From NCBI GenBank assembly GCA_965228735.1, contig OZ245838.1, forward strand, positions 6,656,001 through 6,720,000: 64,000 bases of DNA, in the 5' to 3' direction. The translations under genes were made by a program, and so were the position numbers. Position 1 is the stretch's first letter. Every line of letters begins with the position of its first letter. Origin of the DNA: Planctomycetota bacterium. Lineage in GTDB: Bacteria > Planctomycetota > UBA1135 > UBA2386. Below the pieces are notes generated by a model. That model worked only from the letters and a program-made list of their open reading frames with translations, had not been told where the DNA came from and ran no database searches. Positions 31,561 to 41,694 of the stretch are shown here, piece by piece.

Positions 31561-34074
31561 ATGTCGACCGTTCGAGCCCTGAGTGCCGCGCTCGTCCTCG
31601 CGAGCGCGGCAGCGGCGCAGCAGACCGGGTCGAAAGGCGCCGCGGCGTGGGCCTACCGGGCGCCGCTAGCGGCGAGTCCGCTGGCGACCGAAGCCGACGG
31701 CTGGTGCCGCGACCCGATCGATCGCTACGTCCTCGCCGGTCTCCGGGCGGCCGGCCTGCAGCCGTCGCCCGCGGCCGATCCCGCCGTGCTGCTGCGACGG
31801 GCCTGCCTCGCGCTCACCGGTTTGCCGCCGTCACCCGCCGAGGTGACCGCGTTCCTCGCGGATGAACGCATCGACGCCTTCGAGCGACGTGTCGACGAAC
31901 TGCTCGCGAGCGTCGCGTGCGCGGAGCACCTCGCGAGCACGTGGCTCGACCTCGGTCGCTTCGCCGACACCTACGGCTATCAGGCGGACATGGAATGCCG
32001 CACGTGGCCGTGGCGCGACTGGCTGATCCGATCGTTCCACGACAACAAGCCGTGGCCGCGCTTCGTGCGCGAGCTCGTCGCCGGTGACCTGTTGCCCGAC
32101 GCGGACCTCGAGAGCCGGACGGCGACCGCGTTCTGGCGCCTGCATCGGCAGACGAACGAGGGTGGTTCGATCGAAGCCGAGTGGCGCCACGAGTACATCG
32201 CCGATCGCGTCGACACGTTCGGGACCGCGTTCCTCGGGCTCACGGTGGGCTGTGCGCGGTGTCACGACCACAAGTCCGACCCGATCACGCAGCGCGACTA
32301 CTACGCGCTCGGCAGCTTCTTCGCGATCGACGAGTCCGGCGTCTATCCGTACTCGACGGGCGGGGTGCCGCAGCCCACCGTGCGCCTCGCGTCGCCGGCC
32401 GACGAACGCGAGGTCGAAGAACTCGCGGTGCGCGCCGGGTTGCTCGCGGCTAGGTGGGGCAACCCGCGGCCACTCGCCGAGTCGCCGACGTGGACGCGGT
32501 CGGCGCTCATCGAGTGTGACGGCGATCGCCGGACGACGGCCAGCGACGCGCCGAAGTTCACCCGGGCCGACCCGTTCCGGATCGGCCTCGAACTCTGGTG
32601 TCCGCAGGACCAGGCCGGCACGCAAGAACGCGCCGTCGTGCTGCACACGAGCCGCTACACGCTCGATGCCGACGCGCAGGGCTACCAGGTGCTGCTGCGT
32701 GACGGTCACCTGTGCTGGGAGATCGTGCACCACTGGCCGGGTTCGGCGATCGCCGTGCGGACGAAGGAGCCGCTGCCGTTCGGAGAATGGGTGGACGTCG
32801 TCGTCGGCTACGACGGCAGCTCGCGCGCGAGCGGACTCACGGTCACGTTCGACGGGCGCTCGGTGCCGCTCGAGATCGTGCGCGATCACCTGCGCGGGCC
32901 AGCTATGGTGCGCACGTTCGAGCTCGGCGCGCGCGACCGCGATCGGGGGTTCACCGGCGGTCGGATCCGCAACGTCCGCGTGTTCGACGACTGCACGACG
33001 GCGAAAGAGCAGGAACTGCGGGATGCGCGCCGGGCGCACCATGCGCGGCTCGAGAAGATCCCGGAGCTCATGGTCATGGCGGAGCACGGATATCCCCCGG
33101 CGCGCTACGTGTTGCGGCGCGGGGCCTACGACATGCCCGACGAGGAGCAACCCGTCGAACCCGACGTGCCCGCGAGCGTGCTGCCGTTCGGCGACCGTCC
33201 GCGCGACCGGCTCGGGCTCGCCGACTGGCTGCTCGCCGACGACAATCCGCTGCCGGCACGCGTCGTCGTCGATCGGTTGTGGCGCACGTGCTTCGGGCGC
33301 GGCTTCGTGCCGGCACCCGACAACTTCGGCGTGCTCGGGCAGAGGCCGCGGCAGCAGGCGCTGCTCGATGCCCTGGCGCGCGACTTCCAGAAGAGCGGCG
33401 ACATCCGGGCCCTGCTGCGGCGCATCGTGTGTTCCGCGACGTTCCGGCAGAGCTCGCGCGCGGGCGCGGCGCTGCGCGAACGCGACCCCGACAACGAACT
33501 GCTCGCGCGCGGCCCGGTCTCGCGGCTCGCCGCGGAGACGCTGCGCGACCTCGCGCTCGCCGCGTCGGGCCTGCTCTGCCGCGACGCCTACGGCCCGAGT
33601 CGCAAGCCATGGCAGCCGCCGGGTCTCTGGCGCGATGCGGGCGCGGGCTGGGGCGGGGCGGACTACGAGCCGGATGAGGGGCCACAAGGGCACCGGCGCA
33701 GCCTCTACACGTATCGCAAGCGCACGGCGCCGCCGCCCGACATGACGATCCTCGACGCGCCGAGCCGCGAGGTCTGCGTCGCATCCCGGCAGTCGACCAA
33801 CACGCCGCTGCAGGCGCTCGTGTTCTGGAACGATCCGGTGTTCGTCGAGTGCGCCGAGGCGCTCGCGGATCGTGCGTTGCGCGAACGGGCAGACGGCGCG
33901 GTGGCGGATCGGCTCGAGTTCGTCTTCCTCGCGCTCGCTGGCCGGCGGCCGCGCGCGGCGGAGCGGTCGGCGCTTTCAGTGCTCCTGCGCGACGCCGCCG
34001 GCGAAGAACGACACGGCCTCGCGCTCGCGGCATCGACGCTCATGGCGAGCGACGCGGTGGTGGTGGTGCGATGA
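31561..34074 (+). CDS. DUF1549 - LamG-like - DUF1553 protein
   Basis: PIDRYV, WLDLGRFADT, GCARCHDHK (CxxCH), ARVVVDRLW, RRSLY, TPLQAL. Confidence 0.92.
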   Translation: MSTVRALSAALVLASAAAAQQTGSKGAAAWAYRAPLAASPLATEADGWCRDPIDRYVLAGLRAAGLQPSPAADPAVLLRRACLALTGLPPSPAEVTAFLADERIDAFERRVDELLASVACAEHLASTWLDLGRFADTYGYQADMECRTWPWRDWLIRSFHDNKPWPRFVRELVAGDLLPDADLESRTATAFWRLHRQTNEGGSIEAEWRHEYIADRVDTFGTAFLGLTVGCARCHDHKSDPITQRDYYALGSFFAIDESGVYPYSTGGVPQPTVRLASPADEREVEELAVRAGLLAARWGNPRPLAESPTWTRSALIECDGDRRTTASDAPKFTRADPFRIGLELWCPQDQAGTQERAVVLHTSRYTLDADAQGYQVLLRDGHLCWEIVHHWPGSAIAVRTKEPLPFGEWVDVVVGYDGSSRASGLTVTFDGRSVPLEIVRDHLRGPAMVRTFELGARDRDRGFTGGRIRNVRVFDDCTTAKEQELRDARRAHHARLEKIPELMVMAEHGYPPARYVLRRGAYDMPDEEQPVEPDVPASVLPFGDRPRDRLGLADWLLADDNPLPARVVVDRLWRTCFGRGFVPAPDNFGVLGQRPRQQALLDALARDFQKSGDIRALLRRIVCSATFRQSSRAGAALRERDPDNELLARGPVSRLAAETLRDLALAASGLLCRDAYGPSRKPWQPPGLWRDAGAGWGGADYEPDEGPQGHRRSLYTYRKRTAPPPDMTILDAPSREVCVASRQSTNTPLQALVFWNDPVFVECAEALADRALRERADGAVADRLEFVFLALAGRRPRAAERSALSVLLRDAAGEERHGLALAASTLMASDAVVVVR

Positions 34075-35489
34075 GTGAGCTCCTGCCGCTGTATCGGTCG
34101 CTGAATCGTCGCGCGTTCCTGGGCGGGTCGGGCGCGGGCCTCGGCGCGATCGCGATGCGGTCGCTGGTCGGTGACACCGCGGGGCCGCGCGGACCGGACT
34201 TCGCGCCGCGCGCGCGTCGGGTCGTCTACCTGTTCCAGGCGGGTGGACCGTCGCCGTTCGAAACGCTCGATCCCAAGCCCGTGCTGCAGCAGCGCCACGG
34301 CGAGCAGCTGCCGGCGTCGGTGCTCGGCGACCAACGCCTGACCGGCATGAGCGGGTTCCAGGCGAGCCTGCCCATGGCCGGTGCGTTCACGAAGTTCGCG
34401 CGGTGCACGGATGCCGGTCTCGAGGTCAGCGAGCTGCTGCCGCACACGGTGAGGATCGCCGATCGCCTCTGTGTCGTGCGTTCGATGCACACGGAGGCGA
34501 TCAACCACGACCCCGCGATCACGTTCCTCTGCAGCGGCAGCCAGATCAGCGGGCGGCCGTCGATGGGGGCGTGGGCGAGCTACGGCCTCGGCAGCGAGAA
34601 CGCCGACCTGCCCGCGTTCGTGGTGCTCGTGAGCAAGGACGCGCGCCGCGATCAGCCGCTCTACGCGCGACTCTGGGGCACGGGTTTCCTGCCCGGTGAA
34701 CACCAGGGCGTGCAGTTCCGGCCCGGCAAGGCGCCGGTCCTGTTCCTCGACCGGCCCGACGGGGTGTCGGCGGGGGACCGCCGCGCCCAGCTCGCGGCGC
34801 TGCAGGCGCTGCACCGCGATCAGTTCGCGCGCGAGCTCGACCCGGCGATCCAGGCGCGCACGGCCCAGGCGGAGCTCGCGTGTCGCATGCAGGCGAGCGT
34901 GCCCGAGGTCGCGGACTTCGGTGACGAACCCGAGTCGACGTTTCGGCTCTACGGCGAGGGCGCGCGCGACTCGGGCACGTACGCGAGCAACTGCGTGCTC
35001 GCGCGGCGACTGCTCGAGCGCGGCGTGCGGTTCGTGCAGCTGTTTCATCAAGGTTGGGATCAGCACGGCAACCTGCCGAAGGGGATCACGCAGCAATGCC
35101 GGCAGACGGACCAGGCCACGGCGGCGCTCGTGCTCGACCTCGAGCGCCGCGGTCTGCTCGCCGACACGCTCGTCGTCTGGGGCGGCGAGTTCGGCCGCAC
35201 TGCCTACTGCCAGGGTCGGCTGCAGAAGACGAACTACGGCCGCGATCACCACCCGCGGTGCTTCCCGATCTGGCTCGCGGGTGCCGGCGTCCGCGCGGGC
35301 CACGTGCACGGCGCGACCGACGACTTCGGCTACAACATCGCGCACGACCCGGTGCACGTGCACGACCTGCACGCGACGATGCTGCACCTGCTCGGCTTCG
35401 ACCACGAACGCCTGACCTACCGCTTCCAGGGTCGCGACTTCCGCCTCACGGACGTCGCCGGCAAGGTCGTCCGCAACCTGATCGCGTGA
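34071..35489 (+). CDS. DUF1501 family protein with Tat-like signal
   Basis: NRRAFL, GGPSPFETLDPKP, ARRLLERGVRFV, WDQH, GEFGRT, GRDHHP. Confidence 0.93.
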   Translation: MSELLPLYRSLNRRAFLGGSGAGLGAIAMRSLVGDTAGPRGPDFAPRARRVVYLFQAGGPSPFETLDPKPVLQQRHGEQLPASVLGDQRLTGMSGFQASLPMAGAFTKFARCTDAGLEVSELLPHTVRIADRLCVVRSMHTEAINHDPAITFLCSGSQISGRPSMGAWASYGLGSENADLPAFVVLVSKDARRDQPLYARLWGTGFLPGEHQGVQFRPGKAPVLFLDRPDGVSAGDRRAQLAALQALHRDQFARELDPAIQARTAQAELACRMQASVPEVADFGDEPESTFRLYGEGARDSGTYASNCVLARRLLERGVRFVQLFHQGWDQHGNLPKGITQQCRQTDQATAALVLDLERRGLLADTLVVWGGEFGRTAYCQGRLQKTNYGRDHHPRCFPIWLAGAGVRAGHVHGATDDFGYNIAHDPVHVHDLHATMLHLLGFDHERLTYRFQGRDFRLTDVAGKVVRNLIA

Positions 35490-35499
35490 ATGCCGGCTG

Positions 35500-35564
35500 G
35501 AACCGGGTACCGTACGCCGGGTGCCGCGGGAGGGCACCGTACGGTACCGCGTTCGTTCTGCCGA
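35500..35564. repeat. REPIN-like inverted pair of the GTAC-core repeat
   Basis: GAACCGGGTACCGTACG...CGTACGGTACCGCGTTC; 35537-35564 matches 59678-59705 at 25/28; 35500-35522 matches 59908-59930 at 22/23. Confidence 0.9.
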
Positions 35565-35565
35565 G

Positions 35566-37416
35566 CTACCGCACCTGCCGCCGGACCTCCTCGATGATCT
35601 GCGCGAGCATCGGATCGACCTGACCGCGGTCCACGAGCGGTTGCCACGTCGTCAGCGCGCGGCGGAGGTCGCCGAGTTGGTAGTGCGCGATGCCGAGATT
35701 GCGGCGGGCTTCGACGAAGTCGGGTTGGAGTCTCAGCGCGATCTCGAGCTGGTCGCGGGCGCGGGCGACCTGGCCCGTGACGTTGAGCAGTACCGCGTAG
35801 GTGTTGCGAACCTCGGGCTTGTAGGGCGCGAGCTCGCAGGCGCGTTCGGCGTATGCGAACGCCTCGTCGAAGAGGGGCTTGCTCGCGTGCTCCGGCAGGT
35901 CCATCGCCCGGTCGCGCAGCAGGCCCGCGAGATTGATCATCACGGCCGGGTCGTCGGGGTAGTCGCGCAGGATCGCGCGATAGAGCGACTCGGCGCGCTC
36001 GGTATCGCCGAGCGCGTGCACGAGGTTGGCGTGCGCGTTCCGTTCGTGCGCGCCCGGCGCTTCGCACTGCATCGCGCGCTCGAGCGCGGACTTCGCCGCG
36101 GCCAGGTTGCCGCTCGCGAACTCGTGGCTGCCGAGTGCCGTGAGGATCTTGCCGCTGAGGTAGCTGCCGTTCTGCAGCTCGTTGCTCGCGGCCGCGTGGC
36201 GGTCGAAGGTCTCGGCGTCCCGGTACGCGGCGGCTTCGACGTGGGTGCGCCAGGCGAACACGCCGATCACGAGGCCGGTGAGCCACGGGAACGCGCGGCC
36301 GAGTCGCCGTTCGCCGAGCATCGCGACCGGCACGACGATCGCGAGCAGCGGCAGGTACATCCGCCGGTCGGCGCAGAGCTCCGTGATGATCGGATAGACG
36401 CTCGAGGTCGGCGCGAGCAGCAGGAAGAACGCGGCGCCCGCGACACCGAAACGCGGGCGCTTCACGAGCAGCACCACGGTGGCCGCGATCGCAGCGACGA
36501 TTACAACGCCCGGGAGCACGGCGGGGCCGATGTCACGGATCACGCCGAAGTCGTACATGCCGCGCAGATCGGCCGGCACGAACGCGTTCTGCACGTAGTG
36601 CGCGAGGCACTGCGTCTGCGTGAGCAGCCACTCCCACGCGGTCGCGGGCGGGTTGGTCGCGTAGCCGACCGTCGGGTTCTTCGGACCGAGCGCGACGCAC
36701 GCGAGCAGGACGAGCCAGTTCGATGCGATCGCGAGGTGGAATCGCCAGCGGCCGCGGAACTCCTGCCAGCTCGACGTGCCGAACGCGCGGTCCATGAGCA
36801 CGAGCAGGATCGGCAGGCCGGCGCTCTCCTCCTTGCTCGCCAACGCCAGCGCGGCTGCGGCGACGCAGACCAGCCGCCATCGCGTCCGCGCAGTGCCTTC
36901 CGCCGAGTGCGATCGCAGCAACGCGATCGTCGAGGTCAGCGCGAAGAGCCCCATGAGCAACATGGACCGCTGCGTCAGATACGCGACCGCGTCGACGGCC
37001 AGCGGATGCACGGCCCACAGCGTCGCGGTCAGGCTCGCGAACATCAGGCTCGAGGCCCGGCGCGGCCGCGCGAGCAGCCGCACGAGCACCATGACGAGGA
37101 CGGCGTTGCACGCGTGCAGCGCGAGGCTCGAGAGGTGCATGAAGCCCGGGCCGTGCGAGAGCTCCAGCGCGAGCATCAGGCACGCGAGCGGCCGGTTGCT
37201 CAGCGAGTTGTAGTCGCCGAACGCCGCGGCCCACCAGTCACCCTGACGCAGCGCGTGACTCTCGAGGATCGCGCCGTGGTCGTCGAAGACGAAGTCGAAC
37301 CCGTGGACCTCGTGATACGCGACGATCGCGAGGACGACGGGCAGCGCCCACAGCACGAAGCGGTGGAGCGGGGCGGGCGCCGGCGGCGCACCGGCTACTT
37401 GGGCAGCTTGGACCAC
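35566..37416 (-). CDS. TMTC-like multi-pass membrane protein (putative GT-C glycosyltransferase) with TPRs
   Basis: FVFDD, RPL, WAVHPLAVDAVAYLTQR, SKEESA, ADRRMYLP, TPR tail; start moved to GTG 37416. Confidence 0.8.
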   Translation of the reverse strand: MVQAAQVAGAPPAPAPLHRFVLWALPVVLAIVAYHEVHGFDFVFDDHGAILESHALRQGDWWAAAFGDYNSLSNRPLACLMLALELSHGPGFMHLSSLALHACNAVLVMVLVRLLARPRRASSLMFASLTATLWAVHPLAVDAVAYLTQRSMLLMGLFALTSTIALLRSHSAEGTARTRWRLVCVAAAALALASKEESAGLPILLVLMDRAFGTSSWQEFRGRWRFHLAIASNWLVLLACVALGPKNPTVGYATNPPATAWEWLLTQTQCLAHYVQNAFVPADLRGMYDFGVIRDIGPAVLPGVVIVAAIAATVVLLVKRPRFGVAGAAFFLLLAPTSSVYPIITELCADRRMYLPLLAIVVPVAMLGERRLGRAFPWLTGLVIGVFAWRTHVEAAAYRDAETFDRHAAASNELQNGSYLSGKILTALGSHEFASGNLAAAKSALERAMQCEAPGAHERNAHANLVHALGDTERAESLYRAILRDYPDDPAVMINLAGLLRDRAMDLPEHASKPLFDEAFAYAERACELAPYKPEVRNTYAVLLNVTGQVARARDQLEIALRLQPDFVEARRNLGIAHYQLGDLRRALTTWQPLVDRGQVDPMLAQIIEEVRRQVR

Positions 37417-38438
37417 GCGGACATGATGTCCACGTCGACGGTGACGGGCCACGGCTTCTTCGCAGCCTTCGCGGCAGCCAGCTGCTCGCGCTGGCGCGGC
37501 GACAGGAAGCGCTCGGCCGCGCCCTTGCTCGCGGTGGCCGTGCCCTTCGGCGCCAACGCGGCGTTGATGCGGGCCGCCTGGGTCGCCGTCATCGCCACGT
37601 GCTTGAACGGCGTCTGCAGCAGGTAGTACTTCGGTTCCTTGTCGGGCCGCGGCTCGCTCTCGAACTTCTGCACGTTGTCGCCCAGGGCCTTCTTGGCCGC
37701 CGCCATCTGCGCCGCAGTCGTCGCCCACGCGCGGCGTGCGCAATCGGTGCTCTTGCCGTGCGCCAGGAGCTTCTCGAACTTCAGGCGCGCGGGGTCGAAC
37801 CACACTTCGGTGACCTCGTGGCCATCGAGCCAGCCGGCGCGCGTCCGGTGAACGCCATCGAGGAGGCCGAACTCGGCCTCGCCGACCCAGAATCAAGTCT
37901 GGGAGAACACGGCCCGTTCGAGGCCGCGGCGCTGCGCCTGTTCTTCCTGGGTCAGCAGCCGAAGCCACTCGGGCACGGGTCGCTCGGTCGCCTCGAGCGC
38001 GGTCGCCATCCGGGTGACCACGCCGTGCACGCTCCAGTCGCGCGTGAGCTTCTCGGCGAGCGGCCGTTCGTCAGCATCGATGCAGTAGACGACGGGGTTG
38101 TTCCACGCGCGTTCTCCGAAGTGCGCCAACACCTCGGCGTCCGCATCGCCCTTGCTGTTGTTCTTGATCGCGAGCGGGACGAACAGGGTCTCGGCGGCTT
38201 CCTGCACGAGTGGGTGGCTCAGCACGTGAGTCCCGAAATCGACGCAGGTCTTTCAACCGGGCACTTCCTGGAAGAGCAGCAGGATCGGCTTGCCGGTCCG
38301 CTGACTCGCGGCCTTCGCCGCCGCGAAGTCGCGTTGCCAGGCGATCGCGCCGAACTCGGTCGGGGGCGCGTCCTGGGCGCTGCCTGGAGCGGCTGCGCAG
38401 GCGGCGAGCACAAACGGGGTGAGGTGCCGGTGGGCCAT
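37395..38438 (-). CDS. Exported thioredoxin-like + MsrA-like selenoprotein with two Sec (347 aa; VPG-U-xx-C type)
   Basis: One frame from ATG 38438 to TAG 37395 with TGA at 38253-38255 (FQEVPG-U-KTC) and 37893-37895 (SQT-U-FWVGE). Confidence 0.85.
37857..37886 (-). other. Candidate bacterial SECIS for the second UGA
   Basis: mRNA: UGA UUCUGG GUCG GC GAGGCCG AGUU CGGCCUC CU CGAU; 7-bp upper stem begins 12 nt after UGA, G in loop. Confidence 0.65.
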
Positions 38439-38577
38439 GGTCGGATCGTCGGCGGTGGAGCCGGGTCGCGCAAGCCGCTGCGCCCAGTCGGAACTGCGAG
38501 CCGTGGCGAGGCAGAGGTTGACGTCCCAGGCGAGAACAGGCGGGTCCAGGCACCGAGACGAGGGTCTGCGGCGTGCG

Positions 38578-40326
38578 CTACCCTCCGATCTCGACGCCGA
38601 GTTGTCCCGCCATCTGCATGGCGCGCGCGTTGCTCGGATTGCTCCGCAGCGCCTCGCGGACGCAGCGTCGTGCGTCGTCCAACTGGCCGAGCTGCTGATG
38701 CAGGAACGCGCGGTTGAACCATGCCTCGGAGTGGTTCGGATCGAGTTCGATCGCGCGGTCGAGCGCCTGCCCCGATTGCTGCGGGTTGCCGAGCATGCCG
38801 TGCGCGACGCCGAGCCCGACCCACGCGGCCGGGTTGTCCGGGCCGGCGCGGACCGCGGCTTCGAACGCATCGATCACCTGCTGGCGGTCGGGGCGGCGCT
38901 GGTTGGGTCCGAGCAGCAGGCACCACGCGAGGCCGAGGCGGCCGGCGGAGAGGGTCACGCGCACCGGCCCGTCGGCGTTGCTCGGCGTGTGTTCGACGGC
39001 GCGCCGGTAGTGCTCGTTCGCTATGGCCCACTGCGACGCGTCGCCGGCCTGCGCGCGCTGCAGCGCTGCGTCGGCGACCATGACGAGCGCGCTCGGTTGC
39101 TCGGGGAAGTGCTGCACGGTGTGTTGGCCGAGGCTCTCGTCGTCACGCCAGTGGTCGAACTGCAGGAACGTGATCCCGGCGAACGCGATCGGCAGCAGCC
39201 ACGGTGCCACCGACCCGAGTCGCCACAGCCACGCACGCGTGCCGAGCGCGAGCGCGAGGCCGAACGCGGCCAGATAGAGGTAGCGGTCGTTGAGCGGGTG
39301 GGCGCCGATCGCGCGCCAGTTCACCAGCGGCGGCAGCAGCGGGAGCAGCACGAGCGCGACGCCGAAGCGCAGGGCGCCCCCGTCCTGCCGGTCGCGACGC
39401 CAGAGCACGACGGTGATCGCGACGGTCATCGCCAGCAGTGGCAAGGTCAGCCACGCGGGCCAGTCCGGCGCGGGGCGCAACGGCGTCGCGGGCAGCGGCC
39501 ACGCGAGCAGGCCGAGGTGCCGCAGCAGCAACGTCGCCGGCTGCAGCAGGCTGCCCTCGGTGGCATCGTCCGCGGCCGTCGCCGTCAGACTGCTCAGCAC
39601 GAGAATACGCAGGCCGAGCCAGGCGATCAGGGTGATCCCGAGAACGATCACGGCGCGCCCGAGCCGGGGCCGCCGTGGCGTTCCCGCACCCGGGCTCGCC
39701 GGCACGAGGACGAATGCGAGCAGCGCGAGCGGCGCGATCGCGACCGCGGTCTCCTTCGCCACGAGTCCGCCGAAGAACGCGAGGCCCGCGAGCCACGGCC
39801 AGCCCACGTTCCCGTCCCAGGCACGGCGATCCCGCCAGCGCACCGTCGCATGGATCGCGAGCAGCGTCGCGGTGGCCCACAGCGGATCGTTGATCGCCGC
39901 GCACCAGCCGACGGCCTCGGCCTGCACCGGGTGCAGCGCGAATACGAGCGCGACCCAGGCCGCGCGCGGACCCGGCAGCCAGCGTTGCGCGAGGCGCAGC
40001 ACGAGCACGGCGTTACCGGCGTGCAGCAACAGCGCGATCGCATGCACGCCGGCGGCGCCACCGAGGTGGTGACCGATCGCCAGCGTCAGCAGCGTGAGCG
40101 GGCGCCAGAGCCCCTCGGATTCGCCGTAGAGCGGTGACGTCAGCAGGTCGCCGATATCGCCGGCGAGCAACGCCGGATTGCGCAGGACTAGCGTGACGTC
40201 GTCGTAGACGTAGTTGCCGAGCAGCGCGGGCCAGCACACCGCGAGCGTCGCGGCGAGGACCACGAGCGGCAGCGTGGTCGGGCGCTGCGTCGCAGCGTCG
40301 GTCGAGCGGGTTGGAGCGGCGGTCAT
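38578..40326 (-). CDS. TMTC-like multi-pass membrane protein (putative GT-C glycosyltransferase) with TPRs
   Basis: YVYDD, LWRPL, FALHPVQAEAVGW, AKETA, NDRYLYL, WRDDESL, TPR tail. Confidence 0.85.
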   Translation of the reverse strand: MTAAPTRSTDAATQRPTTLPLVVLAATLAVCWPALLGNYVYDDVTLVLRNPALLAGDIGDLLTSPLYGESEGLWRPLTLLTLAIGHHLGGAAGVHAIALLLHAGNAVLVLRLAQRWLPGPRAAWVALVFALHPVQAEAVGWCAAINDPLWATATLLAIHATVRWRDRRAWDGNVGWPWLAGLAFFGGLVAKETAVAIAPLALLAFVLVPASPGAGTPRRPRLGRAVIVLGITLIAWLGLRILVLSSLTATAADDATEGSLLQPATLLLRHLGLLAWPLPATPLRPAPDWPAWLTLPLLAMTVAITVVLWRRDRQDGGALRFGVALVLLPLLPPLVNWRAIGAHPLNDRYLYLAAFGLALALGTRAWLWRLGSVAPWLLPIAFAGITFLQFDHWRDDESLGQHTVQHFPEQPSALVMVADAALQRAQAGDASQWAIANEHYRRAVEHTPSNADGPVRVTLSAGRLGLAWCLLLGPNQRRPDRQQVIDAFEAAVRAGPDNPAAWVGLGVAHGMLGNPQQSGQALDRAIELDPNHSEAWFNRAFLHQQLGQLDDARRCVREALRSNPSNARAMQMAGQLGVEIGG

Positions 40327-40743
40327 CGTGAACGGGCCGCGCCGGACACTACTCGCCGCCGCGCTGCTATGACACCGCGGGCAAGAGTGGAGGCCGGGCC
40401 GCGTCACCGAACGTGACCAGACGCTGCCCTACCGCTCCGACAAGTGCAACGCCGCCGGCATCCGCGGCCCGGCTCCGGTCGAGGTATCCGGTCGATCTCC
40501 GAAGGTAACGAAACACGCGCAAACGGGCCGATTCCGTGCGTCCGCGCGTTTCGAAACCGCTCGCCCGTCGAGCGCGACCGCTCGTGCGATTGCGCCCACG
40601 CGACGCCGAGCGCGGCGCTCCGGGCAGCGCCGGATCGGTCACGATCCGCTGCGTTCGCCCCTGGTCCTCGCACTTCCGTTGTCGATCTCGCCTGACCTGC
40701 GCTGGATCCGCGCGGCCCGTTGGCGCACGATGCGCGCCGACCG

Positions 40744-41694
40744 ATGGCCGAACCCGACCGACCGCTGCGCATCCGCCCGCTCGACGAGCGTCGCAATCTC
40801 GTCACGAAGGACCAGTTCGCGAGCGTGTTGCCGCCGGTCGACGGGTTCCTCTCGTGGTTCGACGCGCTGCCCGATATCTACGGCAGCCGATCGCTGAAGC
40901 AGATCGTGCGGCGCATCGTCGATGCCCGTGCGGACGGTCGCGAGGTCGGCATGGCGCTCGGCGCGCACGTGCTCAAGGTCGGCCTGTCGCCGCTGCTCAT
41001 CGACCTCATGCGGCGCGGGTTCATCACCCACGTCGCGACGAACGGCGCCTCCGCGATCCACGATTGGGAGACCGCGTATCAGGGCGCAACGAGCGAAGAC
41101 GTCGGCGAGAACCTGCCCGACGGCTCGTTCGGGTTCTGGCAAGAGACGTTCACGGGCCTCAATGGTGCGGCGGCGGACCCGGCCAGCAAGGAGCGCGGGC
41201 TCGGTCGCGCGCTCGGCGACCGCATCCTGGCGGACGGACTGCCGCATCGCGAACTGTCGGTCTTCGCCGAAGCCGCGCGGCTCGACATCCCCGCGACGAT
41301 CCACGTGGCGTTCGGTTGCGACATCACGCACATGGACCCGGCGCTCGACGGCGCGGCGCTCGGCGCGGCGACGCAGCGCGACTTCTGGATCCTCTCGGAT
41401 ACCGTCGGCCGGCTCGATCAGGGCGTCTGGTGCAACATCGGGTCGGCCGTGATCATGCCCGAGGTGTTCCTCAAGGCCGTGTCCGTCGCGCGCAACCGCG
41501 GGCAGCTCGGTGACGATTTCCTCACCTGCAACTTCGACATGATCTCGCACTACCGCGCCATGACCAACGTCGTGCAGCGCCCGCCCAAGGAGGGTCGCAA
41601 CGTGATCGCGATGCACGAGATCGTGCTGCCGCTGCTGCACCAGGCCATTCTGTGCACCGCTGCCGATCGCGGCAGTCTCTCGGAGCCGCGCTGA
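40744..41694 (+). CDS. Conserved hypothetical, deoxyhypusine-synthase-like fold (resembles GSU2086-type proteins)
   Basis: GAHVLKVG, VATNGASAIHD, TSEDV, NIGSAVIMPEVFLKA, HEI; TGATG overlap with hldE. Confidence 0.75.
   Translation: MAEPDRPLRIRPLDERRNLVTKDQFASVLPPVDGFLSWFDALPDIYGSRSLKQIVRRIVDARADGREVGMALGAHVLKVGLSPLLIDLMRRGFITHVATNGASAIHDWETAYQGATSEDVGENLPDGSFGFWQETFTGLNGAAADPASKERGLGRALGDRILADGLPHRELSVFAEAARLDIPATIHVAFGCDITHMDPALDGAALGAATQRDFWILSDTVGRLDQGVWCNIGSAVIMPEVFLKAVSVARNRGQLGDDFLTCNFDMISHYRAMTNVVQRPPKEGRNVIAMHEIVLPLLHQAILCTAADRGSLSEPR

Noticed and set aside
31561..35489. DUF1549/DUF1553 + DUF1501 pair as a novel system
   Set aside because: A common, known planctomycete module, though uncharacterised.
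35500..35564. Hairpin as an integron attC site
   Set aside because: No clear RYYYAAC/GTTRRRY ends, no integrase, flanking genes are convergent.
37417..37968. N-terminal extension of ORF 35566..37968
   Set aside because: Out-of-frame overlap with the selenoprotein and shadow-like composition.
37395..38438. Pseudogene or three small genes
   Set aside because: Both stops are TGA, in frame and at redox Cys positions, with no frameshift; Sec recoding is simpler.
40327..40743. Long intergenic region with hairpins as a riboswitch
   Set aside because: No recognisable aptamer or repeated structure; consistent with a divergent promoter region.
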